In this document: positions 12,758 to 25,777 of the stretch, piece by piece | Position numbering within the stretch: the first letter of the stretch is position 1 | Layout: each line of letters starts with the position of its first letter | Assembly: GCF_024521635.1 (NCBI RefSeq) | Contig: NW_026250409.1 | Location: 620,001 to 684,000 of the forward strand | DNA length: 64,000 nt | Origin: Tricharina praecox | Lineage: Eukaryota | Direction of reading: 5' to 3' | Notes under the pieces: model-generated | Database searches by the model: none | The model's input: the letters and a program-made list of their open reading frames with translations, nothing else | What the model was told of the DNA's origin: nothing | Translations under genes and position numbers: made by a program

Positions 12758-15152
12758 ATGACGTTCATCGACCGCTTCAACAGGCGCGTGGCCACCAGCC
12801 CTGTGGGGCGCTTCTTCAGACTCGAGTTCTCGGGACATCCCAAGGAGCGGAAGGGCTCGCGTTTCTTCACCGAGATTCGAGCTGGGCTCGCAACGTATGT
12901 TGACGCCGCACCTCCTTCCGGTTGTGTGACTTCGGAATAGGTACTAACTCGTCCCACGCGTGCAGGTTCTTTGCTATGGCGTGAGGAACCCGAATGAATC
13001 ATCCGAACTGCGGTGGAACCGTGTTGGTCGGTCGGCGGTTGGGCGTTGTACTGACTGCTGTTGCGCTGCGCAACTTTGTAGTTATATTATTGCCGTGAGT
13101 CCCCGTGTCCGCATCGGTATCGTCGCCGTGGTTGGTTCTGACCCGGCCTTTGCCACAGGTTAATTCCACCATCACTTCGGAGTCCGGGGGCACCTGCGTG
13201 TGTCCTCGCACGGAGGCGGATTTTGCCTGCGACCTCGACCAGGAGTACCTAATGTGTCTCGGCGTTGTCAAGCGCGACATCGTCACGGCCACAGCCGCCA
13301 TCGCGGCACTTACTAGTGTTCGTCGCGCCCGCAGTCCGTGTCCTTATATAAGCTTTATGTGGCGTCTGACCGTGCGCGTATCCGTGAGGGCTTAGTTTTT
13401 GATGGGCATCGGCGCAAATATTCCGATCGCGTGTGCGCCGGGAATGGGATTGAATGCGTACTTTGCGTACCAGGTCGTGGGATACCACGGAACCGGCCCG
13501 GTCTCGTATGAGCTTGCGCTCACGGCTGTTTTCGTTGAGGGATTCGTTTTCATCGGGCTGTCGATTCTGGGGATGCGGCAATGGCTGGCCCGTGCGATTC
13601 CCGCGTCGATCAAGTTGGCTACTGGTGCTGGCATCGGACTGTATCTGGCGTTGATCGGGTTGACGTATAGCGCTGGTATCGGTGCGATTACGGGAGCTAT
13701 GTCGACGCCGTTGGAACTGGCCGGTTGTACCGCCGAGTATAAGGACCCAGACACGGGAGTGTGTCTGTCCCACAAGATGCGGAATCCAACACTCTGGCTC
13801 GGTATCTTCTGTGGCGGTATCTTCACCGCCATGTTGATGATGTACCGTGTCAAGGGTGCCATCATCGCCGGCATCGCTCTGGTCAGCATCGTCTCGTGGC
13901 CCAGGACGACGGCGGTCACTTACTTCCCGTACACTCCCGTCGGCAACGACAACTTCAACTTCTTCAAGGACGTGGTTGCATTCCACAAGATCGAGAAGTC
14001 GTTGAACGTGCTCCAATGGGACATCAGTGGCGCTGGCCCCCAATTCGGACTCGGTGAGTGCCAGTTCATGATGCACTGTGGCGCGGCTTGGTATCTAACC
14101 TCTTGCTTCGCACAGCCTTGGTTACTTTCCTTTACGTTGATATCGTAAGTACCTTTGGAAGGCTGGGGATGCTGCAAGGCAAGGCATACTGATGTGATCC
14201 AGCTCGATTGTACCGGTACTTTGTACTCGATGGCTCGTTTCGCCGGCTTCGTCGATGAGGAAACCCAAGGTTAGCAACCCTCGCCCGCCTACCATCTCCA
14301 CTATGGGCACCATCGTGCTTGATTCCAGGAAGCAGGATGTCGATCCGACGGAAAACTGCCTTTACCATTGCCGTGTCTCGAAAGGGAATATCTTACTGAC
14401 GTCAAATACGACACTTAGACTTTGAGGGCTCAGCCATGGCCTACATGGTCGATGCGATTGGCATCTCCATCGGCTCGCTCTTTGGCTCCCCTCCAGTCAC
14501 GGCCTACATCGAATCCGGCGCCGGAATCTCCGAAGGCGGCAAGACCGGAATGACCGCATGCGTGACTGGCCTGTGCTTCTTCATCAGGTAAGTCTCCCAC
14601 CCCCTCCCTCGAGCGTATTCGCCATGTCCATCCGTCTCCACCAGTGCGCCCACCGCTCACATCCTTCCCACTAGCATCTTCTTCGCGCCCATCTTCGCAT
14701 CGATCCCGCCGTGGGCAACAGGGTGCACTCTGATCCTGGTGGGGAGCATGATGATGCGTTCAGCGGCAGACATCAACTGGGCGTACCCGGGGGACGCAAT
14801 CCCCGCGTTCATCACGCTGCTGTGCATGCCAATGACGTACTCGATCGCGTACGGCCTCATCGCCGGCATCATCACGTACATCATCCTCAACACCCTCGCC
14901 TGGCTCGTCGAGAAGGCGTCTGGCGGCCGCATCGTCCCCTATGCCAAGGAGGTCAAGGACCCCTGGACTTGGAAGATCAAGGGCGGTATACTGCCCATGT
15001 GGCTTACTAGGCTGGTGGATGGGAAGAGGGACTTTTGGAGGCCCCATCCCGAGCTGGATGCTGAGGAGAGGGACAGCCACGGAGAAAGTAAGCTCGAGAA
15101 GGAGAACGGCCGTGCGGAGGCTGCTACCCCCCGCCACCACCGCCGCCGGTGA
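12758..15152 (+). CDS. azgA: AzgA-like adenine/guanine/hypoxanthine permease; 9 exons: 12758-12894, 12966-12980, 13082-13094, 13159-13317, 13396-14053, 14116-14144, 14203-14269, 14419-14587, 14675-15152
   Basis: Spliced product has TEIRAGLATFFAMAYIIAVN, APGMGLNAYFAY, LYVDILDCTGTL, SPVTAYIESGAGISEGGKTG and MPMTYSIAYG. The true end may be 15192 (see findings). Confidence 0.93.
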
Positions 15153-17984
15153 GAACGAGACTGAGCAGCTGGAGAAGAGGCATCTTGCTTGATTCGATGG
15201 GGGCGGCCGTGTGCGTGGTCGTGTGGGTGGATAGATTGGGGTGGTGGGGGAGGGTGCGGGGGGGGAGGATGCGGGGGTGCATGTGAACGATATCTCATGG
15301 TTTTACGTACGTATGGCGATGATATCCGGAGGAATGGTTGTTTATCTTTCTTATTTCCTTTTACGTATCATCCGCGCCAGGCTAGATGTGATACAAATAC
15401 AATTAATGCCGCTTGGTTGAATTACCTTTTTATTAGTTTTGCTGTATTATGCAGGATTTTTGCCGAATTTTTGGAGTATTTTGCAGTATTTTTGGAGTAT
15501 TTTTGGATGATCCGTCTCCGTTCGCAGCTGCCATGGGAGGGGGTGAGATGTCTCGCAATTGACTGTGCAGAGAGAGGATCACCCGGCCCCAGCGGAGGAG
15601 GGGTCGGAGGAGTAGGATGAAGAAGCGAGGACGATTGACACGTCTACACGGAGAAAGGGGATGGATTCATGCACGATCGAGTATCATGTTCCGACGCTCA
15701 TGGGAAAGATGGACGGATGGACGGACGGAAGGGGCTCGATATGGTCTTGTTCGTCGGTCTACCACACCCCACTACACGTCCAGGAACGAATCATTGACCA
15801 GCTCCAGCTCCAGATAGCTCCAGCTTCAAGGCTGCATCTAGGCAGACAGTCAGGTAGGGAGGGGGAGGGAGGGGTAGGGTGAGGGGCATAGGGAGAGGAG
15901 AGCAAACGTTTGAGATCCGATCGCCGCATAATCTGTTTGTCCGGGTCCGTATGCACCGTACGCACTGTCTCGTATGGTCTCGTCTCGTCGTGTGTTCACT
16001 GGTTTGTTTACGCTCACTCACACGCACAGAGACAGACACACACCCTCACACATACGGACAAACACACTCGGAAAGAAGAGCGAGAAGGACTCGAGATAGT
16101 ACTGAGCATCCTATCTACCTACTTCACAAGCACTTCTCCTAACTCCGCACTACCGTACCGTCCTACGCATCCGCCGAAAGATCGACAAATCGAGCAAGAG
16201 AATACGCTCTAATCCGTTTGGTCCGTTTCACCATGTGCAGAATATTAACCACCATTAACCACCATTAACCACCTACATTCTAGTAACCGTCGAATCTCGA
16301 CGAGTGAGAAGCCGTGGATCGAGATGAGCACCCCATATACTCAGCAGCGCCGTCAGCTGTGTAACAACCGAAATAGGCTGTAACTACTAACCTTGCTTTT
16401 TGCTTTTTGCGCGCGTTTGCGGCGACGCAGTGGCGACTTTGGCGAGTGGCTAACTACTGAGTCTCGGGAATGGAGGGGAATGGAGGCGCCGGGGATATGC
16501 TGAGTGAGGGGTGGATGAGGCTTCCTTTTCCATTTTCTTCTTTTCCTCCGAGCTATGTAAGTGGGACTGTACTGTAGATACCCATACCGGTTATCGTGGG
16601 GAACTCATGATGTAGGTATCTAGATGTAGCAGTGATGGAGGTGGTCAAATCAACGTAATCTACACCCGCGCCCAAGCACGGCCCTGATTCGTCTTCGTCT
16701 TCGACGGCGGATCGCGGAGACACGGACAGGGAGCAGGGATGTTCCGTCTGTCCGTCCATCCTTTCGTTCGCTCGCTCGTTCGTTCGTGCAGCAGGAAGGA
16801 CAACTCATGCGGTAGGTACGCAATCTTCAGGTTTTGGGGTTTTTGGCCTGTAGGATGGTTGCTCTGGCGATGAGAGGGAGGGAGGGTGGAGATGGTGGTC
16901 AAGATGATCATGGCAGCGGAGCTGAGCTGAACTCGCTCGGTTTGGTCCGGCCCGGTGGGGTTCTGCACGATACGATACGGTATGTAGGAGGTAGGCAGGC
17001 AGGTAGGCAGGCAGAGTACTCTACCTCGAGCACCTCGAGCAGAGCACAGCTGCAGACTGCAGACTGCAGTTCGATGTCAGAATGTTTGAGGGGAGTTGTA
17101 GGAAGTGCTTGCTTGGTTACTCTACCTACCGTCTCGCCTCGTCTCGTCTGCGGAGCGGCCTCCTACCGGTATGTATCTACTAGTATGTAGAGTATGTAGA
17201 GTGCTATATGTACGGGTATCTCCAGCGTCGGTGCAGTCTCCGGAGCAGCTCCAGAGCAGCATGGCATGGCGTGAAGTGGTGTGATGGTGTGGTGGATTCT
17301 TTAGGCATCTCGAAGCACGTCAGGTAGAGTAGAGTGAGTACCGTAGAGCAGCGGAGAGTGCGGGAGTGCGCGAGTGCGCGAGTGAACAACAGCTGCTTGG
17401 TTCGCTTGCTGCGTCAAGTCGAGTCAACGACATCACTGCGTTCCTCCCTCCCTTCCTCCCATCCTTCCTTCCCTCCCTCCCTCCCTCCCTCGCCGTCCAT
17501 TCGGATCGACCGCTTCGACGTGCTATCTGTACGGTAGAGCAGGTAGTCAAGTTTCAACGACTGGCCTCCATTCGAGTTCCAGTCGTCCGAGTAATCTCCG
17601 CACTCTGGATCCGCAGTAAGTAGGGAAGCAGCGAAGCAGGGAAGTATGGAAGCAGGATGTGGTTACGTACCCAGCGATTGGTGCAGGCGGAGGGAGACAC
17701 ATGGAATGCCGACCGACTCCGAAACTGAATCATCCGCACCGCACCGTACGCACCGCACGCACGCCCTGGCCTCCCTCACCTGTCAATCCCTTCCGTATAC
17801 ACACCTACATAGCGTGCCGACATATCTTGGTGATGGTCCGTGGTCGGTCGGTCAATCAATCATGCTGCGCATGCCCCGCATCATCTGGAGCGGAGTGTCT
17901 GTGGGAGCGGAGGGAGAGACATCACATCCATCCAAGTAGAGTATCCATCCCCACCGAGCATCGTTTAGCATACCACACCACTCC

Positions 17985-18108
17985 ACTATACCACCACACC
18001 ACCACCACATCCACCACATCCACTTCCACCACATCCACATCCACAATATCCACATCCAAAACATCCAAAACATCCACCGCATCCACCACATCCACTGCAT
18101 CCACCACG
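17985..18108. repeat. Degenerate 9-bp minisatellite (ACATCCACC-like), followed by (CA)n tracts to about 18207
   Basis: Direct reading of repeated accacatcc/aaaacatcc/accgcatcc units. Confidence 0.8.
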
Positions 18109-19930
18109 CCCATCGTCAGGTGGGGGGGATGCACACTGCACGGCAGCGGAGGCAACACACACACACACACACAATGCACACACACACACACACAATGCAC
18201 ACACACAGCATATCGCTATGGAAATAGCACGATGGCACTTTCGACTTTCGTCATTCCGTTGCAGCGTTTCTCGGCAACGCAGTTAGCTACTCTAGCGTCC
18301 AGGCGGATCCGCAGGTAGAGTGGTGGGCATGTGTGATATGTGTGATATGTATGATATGTAGGGTTATCCAGAGTATGTATAGTGCTTTGAGCAGGCAGGC
18401 AGGAAGCAGGAGGGGAGAGGATGGTAGGATGGATGGATGGATGGGGACACGAAATAGAGTGGATTGGGAAATGGAAAACCAAGATTTCCGGACGCTGCAC
18501 ACTCTACCTACTCCATTCCGTCCACTGCAACTGCAACTGCATCGTAACTGTCTTCGACGAAGGTTGGTTGTAACTTGTCCGTTCGGCTGTCTCATCGCCT
18601 TTGCCTTTCTCTCGCTCGCTCGCGAACGAGCTGTGGCTGTCGCTGCTCGAACAGTCGAACTTGTCTTTATTCTCCTCGGTGCCCCCTCCCCCTCCCCCTC
18701 CCCCACCACCACTACCTTCAACACTCCCTGTCCTGGCCTGCCCCCGGCCTGTCGTCTTCGTTGTCGTCTTCGTCTTCTTCTTCTTCAAGCGTTGCTGCTG
18801 CCTTGCCCTGCCTGCCTGGGTCCTCACTCTGATTGCTGTGCGTTCCCCGGCTCCGGTCGCGAGTCCGTCTGCCGTCCCGCTCACAAAAAGTAGAGTACTT
18901 CCGGAAAGGAAGAGCGTGTCTGCCGAAGAGTATTCCTTTGCCGGATACAGAGCGACGGGGGAATAAAGAAAGAAAGAAGGAAAGGCCGGACGGAAGCACG
19001 CAAGAAAATAGGTTGCAGGGAGAAATAAAGACTAGAAGAAGAAAGACGGACCCAAAAGAAGAAGAAAAGGACCGGCCAAAACGAAAGAAAGAACAAGACA
19101 AAGGCATCTCCTACCACTCAACGGTCGGCGGAGGACGGACAAGCAGATCCATCTCAATCGCAATCTCAATCTCAATCTCCATAGTTGTCAATCTCGATAT
19201 CAACCTCCGTCTCAATCGAGTCCTCGAGCTCAAGGAAAACCACTCGGGATTTACCCGAGACAGTCCCAAAGCGAAAAGACGTCACAGCCAGGCGGAGCAA
19301 GAAGGCGAAGACATCCCGAACACGCCAAAGCAGCAGAGGGCTGTTCGGAATATCCGGCTTGCACTGTTTCGGCGCTCAGACTTGTACGAAAGCAAACGAG
19401 CGCGCCCGCCTCAACGCCGCACCCAAAGCGATCGCCCAGTCCTAGACCTCCCCCCAGGCCACTCCCCCCCAGGCCATCCTCCCCCTCCACCGTCCGCCAT
19501 CCACCCTCCACCCCCCCCCCCCCCCCAATACCCCTGCCCCTACCCATACTACCAAAGGTCCACCATCCATACCGACCAACCTATACCATCCATACCCATA
19601 TCGTCTATACCACCTCCCCCCCTCCACACTCACTCACACCCCTCCGCCTATCTGCCCTCCCCGTTATAGCTGCCAGCCGCCCTGCAAACCTCGCTGCGAC
19701 TTACCTATCCTCCCTGCGACATACTCTACATACTCACTTACATATCTGCTGCGACTCCACTCCTCGGGTATCACTCCCTTTACATCGCAAACACCCCCCA
19801 AACCCCCCAATCTGCCGGCGAAAACGATCCACCGAACAGCAGCAATCCTCGCGCTATTTTTCACGCGTCGCTCACCTCTGTTCGGTCTGCTGCAGTAGCC
19901 TTCCCGAAAGCCTGTCGCCCGCTGGAAATC

Positions 19931-22156
19931 ATGGCCGCCACACGCTCGGCGCTGCCTCCAATGACGATTCACAGAGATGTGCTCGGACCTTTCCCACAGA
20001 CCCCCCCCTCACCACCACCACCTTCGACGAACAACTCAGCAGCTACACCTGCATCTGAGACCGCTAGCTCCACACGACTATCCACCGCCGCCGCCGCCTC
20101 GTCGTCCTCGTCCGTCGCCGCAACAACTACTTCGACCTCTAGCAAACCCAATCCCCTACGATCGACAACTGGAAATCCCCTCCAGTCGATAATGTTCAGG
20201 CCGCCAATCGCGGGCCTCGGAAACTCACCACTCAAGCGGAAGCAACAGAACCACAAGCCGAATTCGTTTCCTACCATCGTGTTCGAAAATTCCTTCGAGC
20301 GGATTGCAATGCCCCCGCCGGACCCGGACGCGTTCACCACCGACTCACCCATGAAGAAGCCGCCAGTAACCATTTTCGACACTGCGATACCCATGCCCTC
20401 GCTTCAGCGGAAGCCGAGCGCTGCCTTGTTCACTCAATTCCAGGCCTCAAAGGCGATGGCCGAAAAGGAGAACTACGGGCATGTACTGGACGGGAAGGTA
20501 CATAAGCCGGGAGCGGGACCGGGAGGAGGAGGGGTTCGGCGAGTACTTATGGAGTCGGCACCCATCAAGGAGAAGAAGGTTTCAAAGGACAAGTCGGCGA
20601 ACAACTCAGCAATACCTGATCCGGATACGTGGGAACCCCCCCAGGTCCTGGATGATGGGAAGAAACCGCCGTACAGCTATGCGACGCTGATTGGAATGGC
20701 CATCCTCCGAGCACCGGGTCGACACTTGACTCTGGCTCAGATTTACAAGTGGATCGCCGACAGCTTTCAGTACTACAAGACGTCAAACAATGGTTGGCAG
20801 AACAGCATCCGACACAACCTGTCCCTCAACAAGGCATTCGTGAAACAGGAGAGGCCAAAGGATGATCCGGGAAAGGGAAATTATTGGGTTATCCAGAAGG
20901 GATGCGAGCATCAGTTCATGAAGACCAAGAGCTCACGTAAATCTGGCAAGAAGTCATCGGTGCCAGCAGCGACATCATCACCGGTGCCCTCGTCTTCCCA
21001 GGAAAGCAAACTACAATCTTCTCAGGCTGACGACGCTACCACCACCACCACCACCTCGACCGGCAAGAAGAACAAAAAGTCGACACCTGCTGAGATTCAG
21101 GTACACGAGGATGCTTCTGAGCTACCGGACCCTACGCCTACGCCCTCCCAATCGGAACATGCCGGGAGCACGGACGCTACAGAGAAGGTTGTCAGCAGTA
21201 GTGGTCTGCATGAGGAAGTGCTGGCACTGTCGTCAGATGCCACGAGGAGTGCAAGCAGCGTCAGTCCCGAACCGACCCGTCGTTCTCTTCTTCTTGAAGA
21301 TGACGATGTTTTCCGCCCGTCTTCGCCGCAAGGGATCATTCTTGCCAACTCTTCGCCCCCTCATATCAACATCATGTGCTCGTCTCCACCACTAACGAGG
21401 TCGCAATTAAACCACTCCTTGAGAGATGCGACGCCACCGCCATTGTTCCCGTCATCGTCCGGGATGAGAAAGCGCAAGGTTTCGTCCATGAATGACAGTG
21501 GCTACTTTTCGTCGTTGGAGTCCTCGGTCATCCGTCCGAGCAATACCGACTCGGATAAGCCGAGGATCAAGCGTGGTAGGGCTGAAGAGGCCATTGCGCG
21601 CATCCGTGAACACGAGAGTCCGACCCGCAGATCCACGATGGCACCCAACTCCTCCATGTTGGGCCTTTCGTCTCCGTTGAGGAGTTACGATATTAACCCG
21701 ATGCTGCCGCCTCTCACCCCTGCCACCACCCTCCGACCCCAAAAGCCACCAAGATCGGTCAGCCCTAACACCAATCTCCGCATCCATCGGGATAAGATCC
21801 GGCAGTTGGTCAAATCACCATCTCGGGATGTGGACATTCTCGACGACGATCCGTGGGGTTCAACCCTCGCCGCCTTCGCCTGCCATGAATTCGCTATGGA
21901 TACCACTGCGATTGCCGACGATATCGTCCCCCGAAACTCGTTTGGTTCTCCGGGACACAATATCCGGTTCACCCCCCGGGATATATTTGCCGACGGGCTC
22001 TTTGACACCCCGGATCTCTTTGGTGTCGATGTGTTTGGCGTCATGAGGAATGGATTCGAGAGGTTCACCAACGACTGCCCGGAATCTCCAACTGCCGGCC
22101 ACGGCAGTATGAGCAGTCGGCCCGGTTTACACAAGAGTCACACCACAAACTTTTGA
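19931..22156 (+). CDS. Forkhead transcription factor, Hcm1/Sep1 type, 741 aa, intronless
   Basis: Forkhead domain [16 protein letters not shown]...[10 protein letters not shown]...[32 protein letters not shown]. No FHA domain seen, so not Fkh1/2 type. S/P-rich flanks. Confidence 0.92.
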   Translation: MAATRSALPPMTIHRDVLGPFPQTPPSPPPPSTNNSAATPASETASSTRLSTAAAASSSSSVAATTTSTSSKPNPLRSTTGNPLQSIMFRPPIAGLGNSPLKRKQQNHKPNSFPTIVFENSFERIAMPPPDPDAFTTDSPMKKPPVTIFDTAIPMPSLQRKPSAALFTQFQASKAMAEKENYGHVLDGKVHKPGAGPGGGGVRRVLMESAPIKEKKVSKDKSANNSAIPDPDTWEPPQVLDDGKKPPYSYATLIGMAILRAPGRHLTLAQIYKWIADSFQYYKTSNNGWQNSIRHNLSLNKAFVKQERPKDDPGKGNYWVIQKGCEHQFMKTKSSRKSGKKSSVPAATSSPVPSSSQESKLQSSQADDATTTTTTSTGKKNKKSTPAEIQVHEDASELPDPTPTPSQSEHAGSTDATEKVVSSSGLHEEVLALSSDATRSASSVSPEPTRRSLLLEDDDVFRPSSPQGIILANSSPPHINIMCSSPPLTRSQLNHSLRDATPPPLFPSSSGMRKRKVSSMNDSGYFSSLESSVIRPSNTDSDKPRIKRGRAEEAIARIREHESPTRRSTMAPNSSMLGLSSPLRSYDINPMLPPLTPATTLRPQKPPRSVSPNTNLRIHRDKIRQLVKSPSRDVDILDDDPWGSTLAAFACHEFAMDTTAIADDIVPRNSFGSPGHNIRFTPRDIFADGLFDTPDLFGVDVFGVMRNGFERFTNDCPESPTAGHGSMSSRPGLHKSHTTNF

Positions 22157-22806
22157 GTTTTTTCGGCGGATACCCGTTGCGGTTCTCACTTTTTTCTGGC
22201 TTTTCCGGACCGCAATCTCGGCGTTGGGGATCTTTTTTTTTATTTCTTTTTTTTTCCATGTGCCCTCTTTTCAGTTTGGGACAGGTGCCAGCGAGTCTTT
22301 TTTTTTCCTTTCCTCTTTTTTTTTTCTTCACGTCCCATGAAAAGTTTGGGAACTTTGCATAGTGCGAGGGTGTAAGAATTCTTTTTACTGTGGGACCTTG
22401 TGCTTTTACGGGTTCGGTGTAGTATTATTCCCTGCTACACTTTTCAGCGATCTTTTTCTTTTACACCCATATTTTTAACGAGACCACGAGACCAACGCGA
22501 CCACGAATTTGGGGGAGACACAGAGTGGGGTGAGGGGGGCGGCGGGCGAGCGAGCGAGCATTACATAGGATCTGGGCGGGAGGGTTCTGTCTTTTCGTTT
22601 TTTATTTTTATTTTTCAGCCGTTGCTTGCCGTTTTTCTTTTCTTTTCTTTTCTTTTTTTCTTTTTTTCCGAGTGATTTATTCTTTTTCATTTTGTATCGG
22701 TGGGTGAGGATAGGCACACTTTGTACTCTCTTTTCGCTTTTTCTCTCCCTTTTTTTGTTACTTCGAGCCATCGAGCGGGCGAGCGTTGCTTTGTTCTTTT
22801 GTTACG

Positions 22807-22936
22807 GGGCTGGGGGTGGGGGTGGGGGTGGGGGTGGGCACTGCGTGGGCACTACGCAAGGCTGTGGACGCACGGGCGGATGGGCGGACGGTTTGTTTGT
22901 TTGTTTGTTTGTTTGTTTGTTTGTTTTGTTTGTTTG
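22807..22936. repeat. (GGGGGT)n G-run tract followed by a (GTTT)n microsatellite
   Basis: ggggctgggggtgggggtgggggtgggggtggg at 22807-22838; about 11 GTTT units at 22891-22936. Confidence 0.9.
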
Positions 22937-23340
22937 ATATCCGATACCTGTATCTCTTTGTATATTCTTTTTAGGCAGCAAGCACTGACAGTCAGGCTTC
23001 AGCGACGAGAGGGGGATTTGGCGGGGGGAGTGGGCGAGTGGGGCGAGTGGGCGGGCATGGACGGGGGTGTTTGGCTTTCGGTTGCGGGTTCGTTCAGTTT
23101 TATCTGTATCTTTTTTTGTTTGTTTTGTTTGCTGGGCTTGGGTTGGGTTGGGTTTGGGCCGGTTGGCGCGTGGGGATTCTGCTTTTCTTTTCGGGTTTTA
23201 CTGGGTCGGATTGGTGGATTACGATTACGGGATGGATTGATCATTGGGAGTGGGGAGACGGTCGCTTCTTTTTTCTTTGTTGCGGTGGGACGGGGCGGGG
23301 CGGGGATGAAGATGAGAATGGGGCGGGGATGAGGATGGGG

Positions 23341-23396
23341 CGGGCATGGTGGAGCGGGCATGGTGGAGCGGGCATGGTGGAGCGGGCATGGTGGAG
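23341..23396. repeat. Perfect 14-bp tandem repeat, 4 copies
   Basis: CGGGCATGGTGGAG repeated four times without spacers. Confidence 0.95.
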
Positions 23397-24913
23397 TGGA
23401 GCGGACATGCGGCGGAGTTTGTGGCGGGGTTTGGGGGCTTGGGGGACGGGGACGGGGGGAATTCACTCATTGCATTTGCGTCATACGCACTTCCATCTGC
23501 TGCTCCTCTGCTTGGTACAACTAGAGGGTACTTTACGCCCTCCACCGTACCTACTCTAGTACTCTACACAACTCCCGTGATGTCGCGCAGCGCGTCCGTT
23601 ACCTACTCTACTCCATCATCTATGCTGCAGTACTTTACGCAATCGCCCGGAAGCCAAAAAAGGAAATATATTTGTATGGTAAAGTGTGTGTGTGTGGCAA
23701 CCCGGCCGGGGGTGTGTTTCATGTTCAGCTATGTTCAGCTACGTGCTGGGTTGCTGGGTTAAGGGCGATGAGTTGTCACTCCTTCGCTCCTTCACTCATC
23801 TGGCGGGACTCGGGAGGGTAGGATGGATTGATTGGGGGGGAGGGTGGGAGGAATAGGTATGATGTGCGTGACGGACTCCGGAGCTTGGAGGGATAGAGGG
23901 GAGTGGTAATTGGGGGGGCTGGGGCTGGGGATGGGATGGACATGCGGGTAGGATGGGCATGGAGGATGGCGATGGCGAACGCGAGATCGAGGTTGATGGT
24001 GGTGGTGGTGGAGTGGGGTGGTTTTGGTTTTGGTGGTAGTTTTGGTGGGGTGGTGGTGGTGGTGGGGTGGAGGGGGTGGGCGGTGGGGTGGTGGAAGGGT
24101 GGGGTGGTACTTTACGCGGTTCTCCGGAGCGGGAGGTGACGCCTACTCTAGTGACGACAACGGTAGGGCGGCGGCGGCGTTGGTGGGCGGTGGGCGGTAA
24201 GGCGCGAAGCGAGGCATATCGGGTGCGTTTACTGGCGTACTGTGGGGGTGCTAAGGTTGCAGACGCCGACGTTGGCAGCGTCCTCGGCGGCTACAACTAG
24301 TACTCTACTACCACTAGTTGCAGCCTTACGGCGCTTGCGGCCTTCGAAGTTCACACTTCGAAGCCTGGGTCCCACCGTCCAGCCGTTTGCGACACCTCTA
24401 GTTAGCGATGTCACTTCTAGATACACATGCAGTTATGTGGTTATGCAGAGTAGAGTACAACTTTCGTGGTCGGGGTACGTCCAAAATGTTCCATGCCATG
24501 CCCTCGAATGAGCGCGATACAGCGGCCACCACTCGTTCTCTCTTGCTCACTCGAGACCATACGCCATCTCAGTCAGTCAGCCCTTGGCGGTATATCCTCT
24601 TCCTACGAATCGGCACGGCTGGATTATGCTAGAACCCAACGGACCAGCTGCAGGTCGATAGATATCCGTTGGGTTTCCCACCCCACGGCATGTCTCTGGG
24701 ATATCCATCTCGCTGCCCTGCCCTGCCCTGCCCTGCCCTGCCATGTCATATCATGTCATCCGCGTCGTCATCCGCGTCTCGTCTGTGGCGCGGGTGCATA
24801 GTGCACTTTAAAACGTTTAATCCCTAGCCAATGGATCGGAATTGGTTTGGGTTTGGCAGGCTGTTGGGAGCTTGGGAGCTTGGGATGCGTTTCTGCCTGG
24901 ACGCTGCCGCTGG

Positions 24914-24966
24914 CACAGGAACAGACACAGATACAGACACAGACACAGATACAGACACAAACACAG
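24914..24966. repeat. (ACACAG/ATACAG)n hexamer microsatellite
   Basis: Direct reading. Confidence 0.85.
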
Positions 24967-25584
24967 GGACTAGGTATCCCTTGGTGAGCCGGCAAGACCG
25001 CAAGGGGAAGCTGTGCTGCTGGCCTGCTGTGCTGCTGGGAGTGGGATCCACAATGCAGCAAGTCCAGTCCAGTCTCGACGCTCGACTCTATTGGTAGCTC
25101 TCTATTGGCAGCCACGGCATCAGCCTGGCTTGTCCGGCTTGCCACTTGGGCTCTCACATCTATTTACTATGTGAGCTCCACGCTAAAGAACTACGGACCT
25201 ACGGGTTCTCAATCTCACCTCGATTCTAGAAGTCCGCCACGCTCATCTGTTGAATGTTCCCGCCGTCACGGGGATCCGCATCGCAGCGGCTGCTCGCCGA
25301 TGTCAGTCAGTCAGATACCGTCGGGCATTTACGATTCTCCGCTGCATATCTGCATCCCTGCATATCTGCTGCTGCTGCTGCTGCTGCTGCTCTCCACTCA
25401 CACATTCACGCATTCATGCTAGGTAGTAGGTAGGTAGGTGGCTAGGTACCTAGCCATCGGGAGCTGGCAAGCACACCAGAGCGGCGACGATGCATCTGTA
25501 AGCATCTGTATGTAACTGTGGTAACTGTGGTAGATTCCGCCGGTGACAATGACGATGGACTGCAAGTTGCTCCTGTACAACATA

Positions 25585-25777
25585 CAGTGTTCTCCATAGT
25601 CCAGTCCAGTCCGTTTGGACCCATGGACGGGACTGGACTACATACATCCAGTCCGTCCGGAGGTGTCTGTCGGACGGACTACTTTTATCCCGTCCTCCAA
25701 AAGGCACGGACGGGACTGGAATTTGGCAGTCCAGACTGCAGGCTGGACTGGACTGGACTGGACTATGGAGAACACTG
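25585..25777. mobile_element. MITE (non-autonomous DNA transposon, Tc1/mariner-like ends), 193 bp
   Basis: Perfect 28-bp TIRs: CAGTGTTCTCCATAGTCCAGTCCAGTCC (25585-25612) and its reverse complement (25750-25777). Flanked by TA on the left and TG on the right. No coding capacity. Confidence 0.8.

Noticed and set aside
18833..19669. 278-aa plus-strand ORF upstream of the forkhead gene
   Set aside because: No ATG start, and the translation is assembled from GA-rich and C-rich simple repeats with no domain.
23341..23396. Regular repeats as a possible CRISPR array (also 60250-60376)
   Set aside because: Eukaryotic context, no cas genes, and the units are contiguous or have spacers far too short.
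22626..24300. Hydrophobic or Gly/Trp-rich ORFs downstream of the forkhead gene
   Set aside because: Translations of T-rich and G-rich simple repeats.
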